A stretch of DNA of 64,000 nucleotides from Vairimorpha necatrix. Its lineage: Eukaryota. The DNA lies in contig CP142732.1 of the NCBI GenBank assembly GCA_036630325.1, positions 806,001 through 870,000 on the forward strand. The letters are read 5' to 3'. This document shows, piece by piece, positions 1 through 13,685 of the stretch (positions within the stretch are counted from its first letter, which is position 1; each line of letters begins with the position of its first letter). A model generated the notes under the pieces. That model was not told the DNA's origin and searched no databases. It worked only from the letters and a program-made list of their open reading frames with translations. The translations under genes and the position numbers were made by a program.

Positions 1-1442
1 CGTATTTCTTCTAATAAAATTCCATACATCTTCTCTGCATAATTTTACTTTATTAAATTGTATTATGTCTGTTACAAGATATACATCTGCATCTAAATGT
101 TCATAAAGAGAATGTCTTCGGGTATTAACGTTATAACCAAAAAGTGTCTTGTAATATGTTTATCTCCTATTTTAAATTTTAAGAAATAAGTTATCCACAT
201 ACTTCTTTGTACCATTCTATCTGTAGCAATTTGTGTATGAATTCTAGCTGCATCATGATGAATTTCATTTAAAAAAAGGTTTGTGTTATTAAGAACATAT
301 ACTTGTTGTATTTCTTTATTGGTATTGCAATCTAGAACATCTGATAAACTTTCTTCAGAGCGTTCTTCGTCCTCACACTCTTGTCGTGATTTTTGCTATT
401 AATCGATTCTAGACTCGTCCATTATGTCCCTAATGGGCCTACCAAACATCAGAGAGAATGGTGTTTTTCTCGTAGTAGAGTGTCTTAAATTATAATAAGA
501 CTAGGTAACTTCTTCTCATACTTTGGTCCATTGACCCAAAATATTTTTTGTCCCGAGAGTAGATGCAATCATCCACTTTATTGTTTGATTGCATCGTTCT
601 ATTGGTCCTTGTATCCATGGACATCTAGCTCTCCCCTTATATGTCATATTTCATATTTCTGACATAAATCGACAAGTGTTTGATTTGCAATTTCTCTGCC
701 GTTATCAGTATGAAAAATATAACAAGAACCAAATGTTCTAAACAATGTTTCAAAGGCATTCCCTACACTAATACCTGTTTTGTCAAGCAAGTAATGTCCA
801 ACAAAATTTGGTAAAAGAATCTACAATATTCAAAAACCATTTATATACTTCATTGAGTTCGTGATATAGCCGGAAATCAATCAAGTCTGGAACATATCTT
901 TCCCCTTGGATACTTTGCTACGATTGGTTTAATAACTGGTCTAGTTACTAGATCTCTCTTTATATGACATATATCACAGCTATTCAAGACCCTCTGGATA
1001 TCTTTTTGTGTTGCGTCGTAGATTTTTGTTTGCAATAATGGAAACAATCTGTACCGTCCCGCATGCTCATACGAGACGTGGATTAATTTTATATAATCGA
1101 TTTTGAATCGTTGTTGTACATGGTAAAGAATCTTAATGATCTATATAGGCCTACTTTAAATCTCACCGTGAGCTCTGTGGTACCGTCAATTACATCCTCA
1201 AAAAGGATAAATTTTTGTGCTTTTTTTCTGAAAGCATCTTTTTCTTGTTTTTCTACAAACCTTGTTGGAACAATACCAGCCTGTAAAAAGACAAAAACTT
1301 CTTGTCTTTCATTGTTATTTAATTTTATATGCCCTTGAAATTAAAGAAATTTTAAATACAAATTACAAATAAACAACAATTTTTTTTTAATTTTTTACCC
1401 TTTTCAATCAAGAATTTTCTCTGGCGCGACCGAACGGTGACA
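1..1442 (-). mobile_element. Decayed Ginger-like (gypsy-integrase-type DDE) DNA transposon; runs off the left window edge
   Basis: Manual minus-strand translation across frameshifts gives an HHCC zinc finger (IHVSYEHAG...NSCDIC) and an integrase core (DLIDF..., FLNIVDSFTKF, FHTDNGRE, PWIQGPIERCNQTIK, HSTTRKTPFSLMFGR) with stops and frameshifts. The putative terminus at 1442 reads TGTCACCGTTCGGTCGCGCC on the minus strand (TGT ends are typical of Ginger). No RT or RNase H lies upstream of the integrase. Confidence 0.75.
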
Positions 1443-2542
1443 TTTATTATTTATTGATAAAATTATGAGTTGTAAATGCGTTGTTTTTTGTATAAATAAC
1501 AAATTTTTTTTGTGAGTAACCCCAATTTTTTTTATTATTTATACATTCAAATTGTAAGCGTTACAAAATAAAACTATGTTTTTTTTTATGTGAGTGATTA
1601 TAAATTGTTTTTTCTTTGTCTATTACTTTGATTTGTTAAGAAACATAATAGTTTTTGGAAGTATATAATATGTTATATTGTAATAAGATGTACATTTTAT
1701 TCTACAAATAAACAGTTCGATTTTAATTTTTACTCATATGTTATTGACTACATAATAATTTTTTATTTAAGGTAGATATTAGATAAATTCGAAATTTAAT
1801 GACCAAAAAAATCTTTTGATTACAGTAATAGGTTTTTACTTTGTATTTTACTCATTTATGGTCAAATTCTATAAATATAATAATAAATTATAAATTATAT
1901 TTCTTTAGATAATATGCAAATTCGGTATCTCAAAACAAACCGGAAGGGCAATTTTTTGACAAGATCTTCATCCTGTAGGATTTTCCGCGGATTTAGAAAT
2001 TGTGTATATAAATGTTATGGCATAAAATAGCTTCGTATAAATTTATTATTAAAGTGTAGTTAAAATAGTACAAAGAATAAAAAGAAAAGTTAAATTGATT
2101 TTTCGGCAAAGGTAATTTTTTACATTTTGCGATTCTTCATAAAATTTTTTCGTGTAAACAACAACAGAAAACATCAAAATTATCAAACGTTAAACAATAA
2201 TAAATTGATTATTTTTAAACAAAACATAATTTTTTCTATTTATAAATATTTATATAGCCACATTCCAAATATAGTATTTTAAAGGGTTTGACATTGACAT
2301 GTCGTTGGATTTTTATAAATTAAAAAAATATCAGTGCGACAAAACTCTTATTATGCTTTACAAATGCACTAGAAAATAAAAATCAAGGGATTTTTTCTAG
2401 CATGAAACTAAATTTTTCCGAGGACTCAATCTTTAAATTATTGTATTGAGTATTTAATATTAGTATTGAACATATATCCGATTATTAAATTTTTAAGAGG
2501 GAAAAACAAATATATAAATATATTTATTTTAATTTGACCCAT

Positions 2543-3103
2543 ATGATTTTTTTAATGTTTCTTAAAGTATTTTTATGTATACTATGCTTTAAAAAATCTA
2601 TACTGGAGGAAATTAGTGTGCTAAGAAATCGTTCTTGTGAATTTAGAAGTGCGATAATTCTATTAAAAACCCAAATTGAACAAAGTAAAGATGAAATTAA
2701 AAAATATGTCTTAGAATCAAAAAACCAAAAAATTTTAACAGCATTTAATACATATCATACATCGCTTTGCCAATATGACAACAGAACATTTCCGCATAAA
2801 GAAATAGATCATTTCGAAAAGGGAAAAATTAACAAACATTCTATTTCTAGATTGTTAGTGTCTATAGTGGCATTTGAAGGAAAGGTTTTCGTGATTAAAG
2901 CATCTCAGGATCAATTTGTTGATGTTATTAAGCGGTCATATACGGAAAATGGCAGTTTAGATTTGAACGATTGTTTAAGATTTATGAATGAATTAAACAA
3001 AACGTGCAAAGAAAAGATCACGGAAATTATGATATTAACTGGTAAAATAATTTATAGACTACGAGAAAAAAAAATGCAATCAAAATATTTTACTTTATTT
3101 TGA
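2543..3103 (+). CDS. Expanded-family ~180-aa putative secreted protein, paralog 1
   Basis: ATG at 2543 follows a CCC motif; hydrophobic N-terminus MIFLMFLKVFLC; shares family motifs SLCQYDNRTFP.KEI and FEGKVFVIK. Confidence 0.8.
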   Translation: MIFLMFLKVFLCILCFKKSILEEISVLRNRSCEFRSAIILLKTQIEQSKDEIKKYVLESKNQKILTAFNTYHTSLCQYDNRTFPHKEIDHFEKGKINKHSISRLLVSIVAFEGKVFVIKASQDQFVDVIKRSYTENGSLDLNDCLRFMNELNKTCKEKITEIMILTGKIIYRLREKKMQSKYFTLF

Positions 3104-3539
3104 TATTCAGGTTTTATGAAATAATCTATGACCTAGATGTAATGATTTAAATAATCAATAAATTAATTTTAGATTATCAATAGCTATAAGCCATTGAATT
3201 TTTTTGGCTGTTACTTCTTTTAAAGAAATATTCTATTTATGACATATTTAATTGTATTATTGCGAACTATACATTGATTTGTGAAGCAGATATTAATTTA
3301 AAATGTCTCTTATAAATTTTTTTGTAATCAAGAATATTATGAGATATCTTCTACAAATTTAGAGCAATAAAAAACGAAATAAATCATATGAATTTAATTT
3401 AATGAAATTTGTTGTCATGAAAAATACAATGATACGACAAATGCCGATTTGAAATGTTTAGGTAGTAAAAAAGAATTAAAAGTCTTTTTGTTTTTAAATT
3501 TAAATATTTTCATACATATTGTTGGAATGAAACAAAATA

Positions 3540-4530
3540 TTAGATGGGTCTAGAATTAGCTCTTTAAGACGTGCAGCGATACTTTATTAGAAGCGGAGAG
3601 CAATCTCACTTGTTTACAATTAACGAGTATCTAAGGATTAGGTATAGCTTTGTAGGAGAGATAAGCTAGAAGATGCTAATAGAATCCCCAAAAGAAGTGT
3701 TTTGCAGCAAGATTAACATGAGGACAAAACATATTAGCTGTTTTAAAGCTAGGGACAATGATTAAGTAGGCATTAAGGTTTCTTCTGCCTGGCTGGCCAA
3801 AGGAAACAATCAGGATAGCTCCGAAGCAATTTATTGCTTTACACAGGATAGAAATATTTTTTATAGACAAAAGAGACAATGTCCTCATCGTGAATCTCAT
3901 AGGAAGACCACGAATCAATATGCTAAAAAGTGTGATCAAATGTTCGATTTTAGTAAATTTAAAGACACAACGTTGTAATTAGATGCATCGATCTTATACT
4001 AAATATTAAAAATGGGTTAAATAAAAGCATGAAAATACTCGGATAATTAGCACAACTAATCATGGAAAATGATCGTGCGGAAATACGAGTAGATACGAGA
4101 ATATCCACTCATATAAAGGGGACCCATAATAAGCCTTATATTCTTGTGTTTGACAAGAAGAAGAAAGAAGTTTTAATAGTTGAAGTTGGTGTAACCAACC
4201 AGGATCGACTTACTATAGTCGAAAACGAAAAACTAAGAAAATATGACGTTCTTGCAAATGAACTGGGACTAATACATAAATCTCAGACAAGAGTAGTTCC
4301 TTATGTAATGACATGGGATGGCCTGATGATTAAATATCACAGAAAGTATATTAGGGAGCAGAAAACCTAGCCATTTCTTGGAGCATACATCCATTCTATT
4401 GTGCTGAAGAAGACTCTAGAGTCCATCTTTTTAAAACGACGACGAGGATCCGATCAGGAGGATGCAGGGAAGAAGAAGTGGCTAGAGCTGTAATCGCACT
4501 AGCGAATATGGCGACTGTTAAAGAATAGGT
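3540..4530 (+). mobile_element. 3' fragment of an RLE-type (R2/NeSL-like) non-LTR retrotransposon, degenerate
   Basis: ORF 4062-4370 holds a restriction-like endonuclease region (HNKPYILVFD...LIVEVGVT...EKLRKYDVLA...VPYVMTWDG). A degenerate zinc knuckle (CPH...KC, RHN) lies upstream across frameshifts. Boundaries are approximate. Confidence 0.75.
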
Positions 4531-5911
4531 GTCGGCAAAATGGAATGAAGCTGAAAAAAGTGAAGTTGGAAACTATTTATAATTCAACAGAAACCAAAGT
4601 CTGTATAGAACTGAATTCCATGAGCGATACCGTAAAAGATGGGCTTCAAATATCTAAACTAAAGCAAAAAACTATTTATATTTTTTGGAATAAAAACGCG
4701 GATTTATTTATTATGAAATTTTTAAAAAGCGGCATGTCAAATGTCTCCGAAAGGATATTGTCATATTTGACATGTGTTAAACTATCTACAATTTGCTGTC
4801 CTTATTTTACTTCATAAATATTTTATGAAAAACATTCTAATTAATATATGTCACAATCAATTGTATCATATCTGTACAAAAAGTTTTTTAAAAAATATAT
4901 AAATATCATGTATTCTTAGAACAAAGAAAGTTATTTGTTTTTGGTATCTAAATTATCGTTTTATACACTGTTTAATTTTTTTAAAATACTATAAACCAAA
5001 ATATTCTATTAATGCAATTTTTACTGATACATGTAAGATCATGATTTATGCAGGTGATGAAATTCTACAATCAACCAGTTTAAAAATGTCATATTTTCCC
5101 CAAAGGTTGTGCGTAACCATTTGTATATATGTGAACTATGGAATGTAGAAGTTATGATAATCCAAAGTTTTAACATATAAATATAATTGAAAATTAATAA
5201 TTTAAAGTCAAATCATTGTCACATTTGTGTACAGCACAACGATAAGTTTAACATTTTAAAATATAATAAATATATGAACTTATTTTAGGATGTTAACACG
5301 ACGGGCATATGACATATTATATATTTTTGATAATGATGTACTGAAACTTCTTTCCGCTAAATAACTTGCAAAGATAGAAAAATTATGTTTATATTTAACA
5401 TATAGCACGGTTCTGCTAGCGCCCAACAAGATCATCGGAATAATATACGTCTTTGTTGACACAAATTCTAAAAGCTCCTTTTGAAATATGTTGCTAAAGG
5501 CGCTGCCGTAGTGTTTATAAAAAAAATATCGTCTTTATCAAACATTTGTTATATTATTAAAGTAAAATAAAAATTTTTATTACTGAGATTATTAAAAATT
5601 TTTTCTAGTTAAAACAAAGAACAAATTCTATTTTAAGATTAAAGAAAACAAAAAAATCATTGACAATATGTGACACAACAATGGTTAAATAACACAAATA
5701 AAGCCCAATCAAACCTTCAATAATTAAGCAATTTTTTTAATTTTTAAACCCCTAATTTCTTATTTTTATTTTCGTATTGCAAAAAAAGAGTATCATGACA
5801 TATTTGACAGGTGGATTATAAAAAATTATTCTTATATTTTCTATTAAATTAGTTTATGAATTTTCGAATTTTTTAATTTTAATAAAATTTATAACTATTT
5901 TTTACCCATAG

Positions 5912-6439
5912 ATGAGGTTTTTTGAAATTTATTATAGATTTAAATATTTTTTAGAATTCAAAAAGATTAAAGATGAATTGTATAACTTAAGTGGAAGCTT
6001 TATAATTGTAGAAAACAAAATACACTTACTTAAAATCAAAATTGAACCAAAAATAAAAGAAATGCCCCTGGAATCACACAATGAAATAATATTTACAGCT
6101 GCCAAAGAGTTATATAAAAAAATCTGCGAGTTAGACAACAGAACCTTTCCAAAAAAAGAAATAGAAAATTTTTACAAACGAAAATGTAAAAAACAGTCAA
6201 TTTTACAAATGATAGCAGAACTTGTAAAATTTAAAGAAAAAATTTATAAAGTTAGTAATGCTCAAAAAAGGTTCATAGAGATTGTTAAGCAGACAAGTTT
6301 AGAAAGTGTAACTGCATATTTAAAGAATAATATAAAATTTTCAAGTTTTCTAATCGAAAGTAATTTTGAACCCACACAAATTCTGATCAATAGAACAAAT
6401 AGAATAATCCATAGTTTAGAAAAAATTAAGATAAAATAA
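5912..6439 (+). CDS. Expanded-family ~180-aa protein, paralog 2 (N-terminus poorly hydrophobic)
   Basis: CCC upstream of the ATG; family motif ICELDNRTFPKKEI. Confidence 0.8.
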   Translation: MRFFEIYYRFKYFLEFKKIKDELYNLSGSFIIVENKIHLLKIKIEPKIKEMPLESHNEIIFTAAKELYKKICELDNRTFPKKEIENFYKRKCKKQSILQMIAELVKFKEKIYKVSNAQKRFIEIVKQTSLESVTAYLKNNIKFSSFLIESNFEPTQILINRTNRIIHSLEKIKIK

Positions 6440-6655
6440 AAAAACTTACGTATGTATTTTTATTTTGAACTATTAAACATAATCGAATCTAAAGGTTTTC
6501 TTTTGAAATGACGGTAAAGTTTATATAATTTTTCATAATACTAAGTCTTAATAATTATTACGATTTTATAAATTAAGTATGTAAAACCTTGACTTTTATC
6601 CACATTTAAATTATGTTACGATTTTTATAAACAACAGAAAGTATAAATTAATTTT

Positions 6656-7270
6656 GGTTTTGGCCGTTTGGAACCCGCATTGAAAATTTAAAGGACCCCC
6701 TTCTTTAAAAAATGGCAGATTGGAAAAAAACAAAATTTGTTGAGGCAGATGAGCTTTTTAGTGATGAAATAAATTTATGCATGGAAAACAAAGAAAACAT
6801 TATTTTGGAAACATATGATTCTGATTCGGCGTGCGCCTTGTCGTTTCTGTAACCAGTAGAAATGCTGCTATTTCATTGAGTTAACACAAGATAATGTATA
6901 ACCTGTTTCTGTTATGATCATAATCAATAAGTACCATATAATGTCATTTGACAAGCAAAGAGATGGAGCACAGGACTGTATATTACTCCATCAATGCTGT
7001 AAACCCTAGCGATTCCGAGACACAATACCAAATAATTCGATTGGGTTTGGCTCATTTCTAAAAGAAATATTTGATCTAGACATGGAATAAACTAGGACGA
7101 ACACTATGAGGATCTTTTACCGTTCCTCTGGGCTTTTTAAATCTCAAAAAAAACAACGGATAATTCGTCTTCTATCATTTTTTAAAATAAATCGCTAAGT
7201 CTCTTTTTTTAAATTTTTTTATTTTTCCCTTTTTTAAATTTTCAAAGCGGGTTCCAAACGGCCACGTACC
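6656..7270 (+). mobile_element. Internally deleted Merlin/IS1016-like DNA transposon
   Basis: Terminal inverted repeats: TGGCCGTTTGGAACCCGCATTGAAAATTTAAA (from 6661) versus its reverse complement ending at 7264 (1 mismatch), extendable to GG...CC ends. Flanks TTAATTTT/TTAATATT match 7/8 as a putative 8-bp TSD. The interior has a decayed ISXO2-like C-terminus (VNPSDSET...WVWLISKRNI*SRHGIN...LPFLW). Confidence 0.75.
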
Positions 7271-7692
7271 TTAATATTATCCATCTCTATAAATCATAAA
7301 ATTTTACTTCTTAAGTATTTGGTTGCTTTATAATTAAAAACAAGCAGTACAATAGGGAAGCAGTAAATAACTACTACTTTAAATTAATTGGTTTGCAATG
7401 AAATAACAATTTGATAGATTTTTCCCCTGCCACGGTCTTTCCAGCTTAGACTAATTAACATATATTACTATATTATAAAATTATTTTCGGCATTCGTCGT
7501 AAAAGTTTCGAAATTGCAGCAAATTTTAATAGTGTTGATTTTTTTTATTGTTTAAAATTAAATGGAAATCAAATTAAATAAAAGACGCCGACTTATGGCT
7601 TATAATACTCTAAAAAGAGAAATGATTAAAAACAAAAACTAAAGTAATAATTTCAAAAAAATGTAATATTACATTATTAAAAAGTCAATTTT

Positions 7693-8235
7693 TTAATTTT
7701 TCAAGTCTATTCGTAAGTTTGTACTTATTTTTCTAGTTAATTTCATTGTATTTTCTATATCGTTCATCAACGATTTATTTATTTCTTTGATAAAGTTTAA
7801 GCATTCGTCACAATGTTTCATGCGGTTTTCCTTATATAAGTTCATAATCTCTATCAAAAAATACTTCAATGATGATTTAATGGCAAAAATTTTACCTTCA
7901 AATTTATCTATAGTTCTTATCATAATATTAATTGAACGTTTCGAAATCTTTGCTTTATCAAAATCATTTATCTCTTTTCTTGGTGATGTTTTGTTATCGA
8001 ATTGACAAAGTGATTCATAAAACATATTAATTGCTGTTAAAAAATTTTCGTTGTTTGATAATACAACATATTTGTTAATTTCGCCATAACTTTGTTTAAT
8101 TGTGAATTTTAGTAAGCTTATCGAGTTTTCTACTTTACAAATTAGTCCATTCAATTCATAAAGCTCATTCATTGTATGCTTTTTAAAAGTTGATAAATCG
8201 CACAGGATAATATTAAAAAAAAATAAAGAATTCAT
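7693..8235 (-). CDS. Expanded-family ~180-aa putative secreted protein, paralog 3
   Basis: CCCC immediately before the ATG; MNSLFFFNIILCD signal-like N-terminus; YESLCQFDN and FEGKIFAIK motifs. Confidence 0.85.
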   Translation of the reverse strand: MNSLFFFNIILCDLSTFKKHTMNELYELNGLICKVENSISLLKFTIKQSYGEINKYVVLSNNENFLTAINMFYESLCQFDNKTSPRKEINDFDKAKISKRSINIMIRTIDKFEGKIFAIKSSLKYFLIEIMNLYKENRMKHCDECLNFIKEINKSLMNDIENTMKLTRKISTNLRIDLKN

Positions 8236-11098
8236 GGGGATGTAAAAAAAATTTTAATAAATAAAAAAAATGATTAAAATATATTAAATGATATTAATAA
8301 AACATATAATTGAGTGTAAATATGAGAGAATTTTTTTTTTAATTTTAAGAATTTATAAATCAATTTATTATTTTTTTAAACTGGTTTTTATAAATTTATA
8401 TTAAGAGAATTATTTCTATTTTTATTTGCAAAAAAATCATCATTAATTCTGCTTTTATTAAATGTCACCCATCTCAAATTTTATGACAATAAGACAGTCA
8501 AGAATACGACATCAATCTGACAAGGTTACGCTACTAGAGTTTTTTTTTCTATCCGTAAATTTAGATATGTGAAAAATATTATTATCCTTTGGAAAAATAA
8601 ATTTTTGAAAATATTAATGGTTTTGCATTTTATAAACTATTTTCATATTTTATTAGATTCTATAGAAATTTTTAAAAAAATTGAGTACAACTAATAAAAC
8701 TTTTAAAAAAAAATAATATTTAAACTATAAAAACAATGGATGAAAATAAGTAAATAAAAACTAATATAAAAATTATATATGTTTATGAATGTTTTTTAAT
8801 TAATAAAAAAAACATAGTTTGCTTGTTTTAATAAATCGATGTAAAACAAAACATATTATTACGTGATAACATATTTGCTGGAATGATTGGCGTCTTTTAT
8901 ATCACAAAAATTGTAAAAATATCTTACTTTACAAAATGATGCACCTTTTATTTATATATGATTTTTTGGGATCATTTAGATGCATTTAGGTGTTCGAGAT
9001 TTTTGAACAACCAAATAAAAAATTTGAAACGATATTTCCTTCCAGCAAACAAATAACCACAGGAAAGAGAAAAGCTAAGATGATATAAACAAAATATCAT
9101 ACTTTTTTATACATTTTACACTAACTTTATACAATATTGAATTGTCATTATAGCAATTAAATGTTTTTTAAGGTATTTGTTGCTAAGTTTTTTGTCATAT
9201 TATATTTATAACATAAATGTAGATAATAGTTGTTAAAAGCTTTCACAGTTCAGGATGTTTTTTGTGTAATTTCTCTGTATAACGTAGTTAATTCTATTTA
9301 GGTTGCGATCCTAGGGTATTATTATGCGGCATTTTGTAATATAAAGCTTTTTAATAATATAGTTTGTATGTACTTCTATTAAAAGAGTCTTTCTCCTCTA
9401 CTTGCTCGGACGAACTTAAGGGTACAATATTATGTCATGCTGGACTATATGTGAACTTATAATTGAATATCGGCATGGCTCATTTTCGTATTGTCTATTT
9501 ACTATATAACAGACAATAATATACAATTATTTATTAAAATTACTTTAAACTTGTATTTAAATAAACGAGCATATATTTATACTTTTCTAGTAATGCTTCC
9601 TATTAATGGTAAAATTTCACAGTTTTTCTATTTCGAAATCATAATTTCTATTTTTTTGTTGATAATATCAATATCTTGTACATTGCATTTGTGTTTAAGT
9701 GAATTTTGAACTAAATTGTCAATTTTCATAAAATAGTTGCATTGATTATTGTGAGATAATTACATATAACAAAAATCAATTTAATATTATCTTTCATCTT
9801 TACATTTTGTCCATCCCATTTATCAGTTTCTTTATACATATTTTTTTTTGTTAAACACATTCAACCAATATAAATTGTCCGAGTTGGCATAACGAATCAA
9901 GATTTAAGAAACTAGATCACATTAGTGGTACGCAAAAGAAAAGATAAGGGGACCCGAATATGATATCTAACATGTGCTGATGAAATGGCCATATTGTATG
10001 TCAAAAAATTTAAGATAAAGCCATATATTAAGCACACAGTGCTTTGCAATACTATTTAAATAAAAATATTTATCATATATACAATGTAATTGGCTTTCTA
10101 TCCGATATTTAATCTAAAACGATTTTTAGTAAAAACATTTCAATTAATTAAGAACGTATACATTATGAGTTTTTCCTATCATAATAATGTTTAATGACTT
10201 TACTATTTCGTTATTACTCTCAAAGATAAGTTCGATTCATTTCTTAAACTCAAAAAAAAACAAATTCTAAATACGCTACTTATATAATGCCAATATTGTA
10301 ATCTAAACTTTATAAGATTAATATATATTGCCCTCAAAATCTATATAAAGAGGGGAGATTCGATTTTAACACTTATTAATATGATAAATAATTTTTAATT
10401 TTTTTTATTGTTGTTTTTTCTCAAAGAGTACATATCATATACAATATAATATTTATTTTTATATAGAACAACGATCTTACAGTTTACTCATAAGTTTTTA
10501 ATTTTTTCGATTTTACTGAAAATAACTGAATGTAGATTTGTATATATAACTTGATATAAAAAATATGAAATACATTTTTTTAATGTGCCGCTATCGTTTA
10601 ATTTTTATTATTTATGTTAAGTTTTTTGTAATATACAAAATAACTGATTAATTACTATGTTATTTGAAAATGTGTTAAATATAATTGTTATAGTTCCAAT
10701 TATTGTATTAATAAGCTTTAAAAACATAATTATACATTTTATTTAACGAATACAATAATAACACTATGAAAAGTATTTGTTAAATATACATCAATTTGCC
10801 TTTACATATGCAAAAAATCGACGTTTATATTATATATATGATTTTCAAAATTAAAATTAATCAAAATTTTATAATGTATTTATGATTGATTAACATTAGA
10901 ATTATTTTTTAATCTTTCTTTCGCTAAAAACATTTAATTTATATACTAAAACTATAAATTTTGCAAACAAAATAATAAGTATGAATTATGATATAGAAAT
11001 AAAAAATAATACTTATTGAATGAGATTATTAAATAAAAGATTTAAATTAGAAATACCACAAATAAGTAATAAAACATAGTTTCAAGTAAAATAAGGGT

Positions 11099-11641
11099 TT
11101 AATTGTATTTTTCTATTCGTAACCTAATACTTATTTTTTTAGTTAATTTCAGTATTGTTTCTATTTCTTCATAAAAGAAAATATTTATTCCACTTACACC
11201 AATAAAGTAATCGTCAAAATACATATTCCCATCCTGTATACATAACTGATTAATATTCTGCATAAATTTTTTTAAGGACGATTGTATCACAAATATTTTC
11301 CCTTCAAATCTATCTATAGACATTAAAATCTTAGTAATTGAATTTTTAGTAATTTTTTGTGTTGCAAAATCTTCTATCTCTTTTTTTAGTGAAATATTCT
11401 CGTCAAACTGACTTAGAGTTTCATAAAACATACGGTAAGACATTAAAATTATACTTTTATCAGATTCCGAGACATAATTGACTATTTCATCATTATCTTG
11501 TTTTATTCTATTTATTAATAGGCAAATTGAATTTTGTACCATACAAGTAAGATCTTCCAACTTATATAATTCTTTAATTATATTGTATTCAAAACATGAT
11601 GAATCACATAAAATTATGCTAAGAAAGATAAAAAAATTCAT
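11099..11641 (-). CDS. Expanded-family ~180-aa putative secreted protein, paralog 4
   Basis: CCCCA-ATG; MNFFIFLSIILCD; YETLSQFDE and FEGKIFVIQ motifs. Confidence 0.85.
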   Translation of the reverse strand: MNFFIFLSIILCDSSCFEYNIIKELYKLEDLTCMVQNSICLLINRIKQDNDEIVNYVSESDKSIILMSYRMFYETLSQFDENISLKKEIEDFATQKITKNSITKILMSIDRFEGKIFVIQSSLKKFMQNINQLCIQDGNMYFDDYFIGVSGINIFFYEEIETILKLTKKISIRLRIEKYN

Positions 11642-13143
11642 TGGGGCATAACTAAAAAAAATTAATTTATATTAAATTTAAATTAATTTTTTTGTTCTTA
11701 AATGAAATTAATAATTTTATGTAAAAATTAGACCGCAATATTAATATAATAAAAAATAATTTTATTCCTTGCCCCAATGAACAAGATTAATGTTTTTTAT
11801 CTTTTTTTGCATGCTATATACATTCAAGAATGTGATTATTTTCTTTGTTTAATTAATGTCATGTGTCATAACGGAAACGACAACTGACTTTTTTGACACC
11901 AAGGGGCTCGAGTTTACATATAAAAAAATTCTTATGCTGTACAATCAATAATACATTTTTAAAATGTAAACGGAAAGCATTAAGATTTTACAATGATATC
12001 TTAATACATTTTTTTGTCTGTTTGCAACTTAATAAATTTTGACATATTTTTTTAGGATCAATCTTGAGTTATTGCGTGATAAAAAATTGATATATACATA
12101 TAAGTGATTTTTATGTGCTTTAATAAGTTTCATAATATTTCCTCATATGCAGATTGGTATTGATTTTTTTGCGAGTGTGAAGCATATTTAAAAATATAAA
12201 CATAATTATTATGGAACTACCATAAATGTATTTGATATTGAATGTCTTTACTATTTGTACTAGTATTATCAAAAAGCAGAGTAAATTATGCTGTTTTTAT
12301 CATCAATTACGATCTGAAGCTATTAATGTCTATAATAGTTTTTTAACGTCGGCATTATCATAAGTCGATTCTTCTCTTATACTGATCTCAGTCGTGAAAA
12401 TTTTTAGTACTCTCATAAGAATAATTGGCAAAACTATTTTATAAAATTAGGCGTTGTAATTTTTTGTTAGAAAGATGTTAACCTATACAATATAAGTTAT
12501 CACGTATTAATTTACAATGTATACATTCATGTAATATTTTTAGTAGATTGTTTAATATATTCTATTTTCTGACCCTTCAGATAGAATAAAATATACCTTA
12601 GTATTTTTATATTATATACATTAAGCATGATTATCAGTTATATTTAAGTCTTTTTTGTAAACACATTATTTTTACTAATTTGATTATTTTCAATTTGAAT
12701 ATGTTTTTTATAAGGATTCAATTTAAAATGAAAATGTTGTATAATTCAAAATTATAAAAAATTTTAGTTTTATATATATCTTAAAGGTAATTTTATTCGA
12801 AGTTACAGCCATTTTATTAACTAAAATAAATTCCTTTAAATTATTCATATTAAATGTATGACGCAATATTTAGCTAAAAAATTGTTAGACATTTGAGACG
12901 AGTGATATTTACTACAAAAAAACAAATTTAAAGATAATTTAATGGTTTATTTTTCATATATACAATAAATATCTTTCATTTAAAGAAACAAAATCTAATT
13001 CGACAAACAACAAATAAATTTATTACTTAACAAATTTACTTATTTAAATTTGTATTATATATAAGTTTTAGTGCTTTTTTATTGTAATTACTGAATATAA
13101 ATAATTCAATTTCTATTTATAAAAAAAAATTATTTAATCCCCC

Positions 13144-13685
13144 ATGAATGCTATAATATGTATTAATATAATCTTATGCGATTTATCATTCAATAAAAAA
13201 AATATCATGAATGAGTTAGAAAAATTAAAGAACTTACTTATAAGGTAGAAAATTCAATAAGTCTACTAAAAACTACATTTAGTCAAAATTACAACAAAAT
13301 TAACATATTTACCTCAGAATCAACCAACAAAACTTTTTTAAATGCATTTAATATGCTATATGCTATACTTTGTCAATTTGACTACCAAACATACGCAAGG
13401 AAGCAAATAGATGATTTCGATATAGAAAATATAACAAAAGATTTTATTATTAAAATAATAAGAACTACAGATAGATTAGAGGGTAACATTTTTGCTATTA
13501 AGTTGTCTCATTACAAATTTATGAAAGGGCTAAGAAGATCATATACGAAAAACAGAGATAGATGCGATTACGAATCCTTGCACTTTATAAATGAAATAAA
13601 TAATTTTTTTGTGGAAGAGCTAGAAAAGATTATGATATCTACGAAAAAAATAAGTCTTAATTTACGACTAGAATTGAGAAATTAA
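13144..13685 (+). pseudogene. Expanded-family paralog 5, frameshifted near 13228
   Basis: CCC-ATG at 13144 gives MNAIICINIILCDLSFNKKNIMNELEKLK. A 1-nt deletion then shifts into the frame of ORF 13353-13685 (ELTYKVENSISLLK...LCQFDY...LEGNIFAIK). This could also be a homopolymer sequencing error. Confidence 0.8.
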
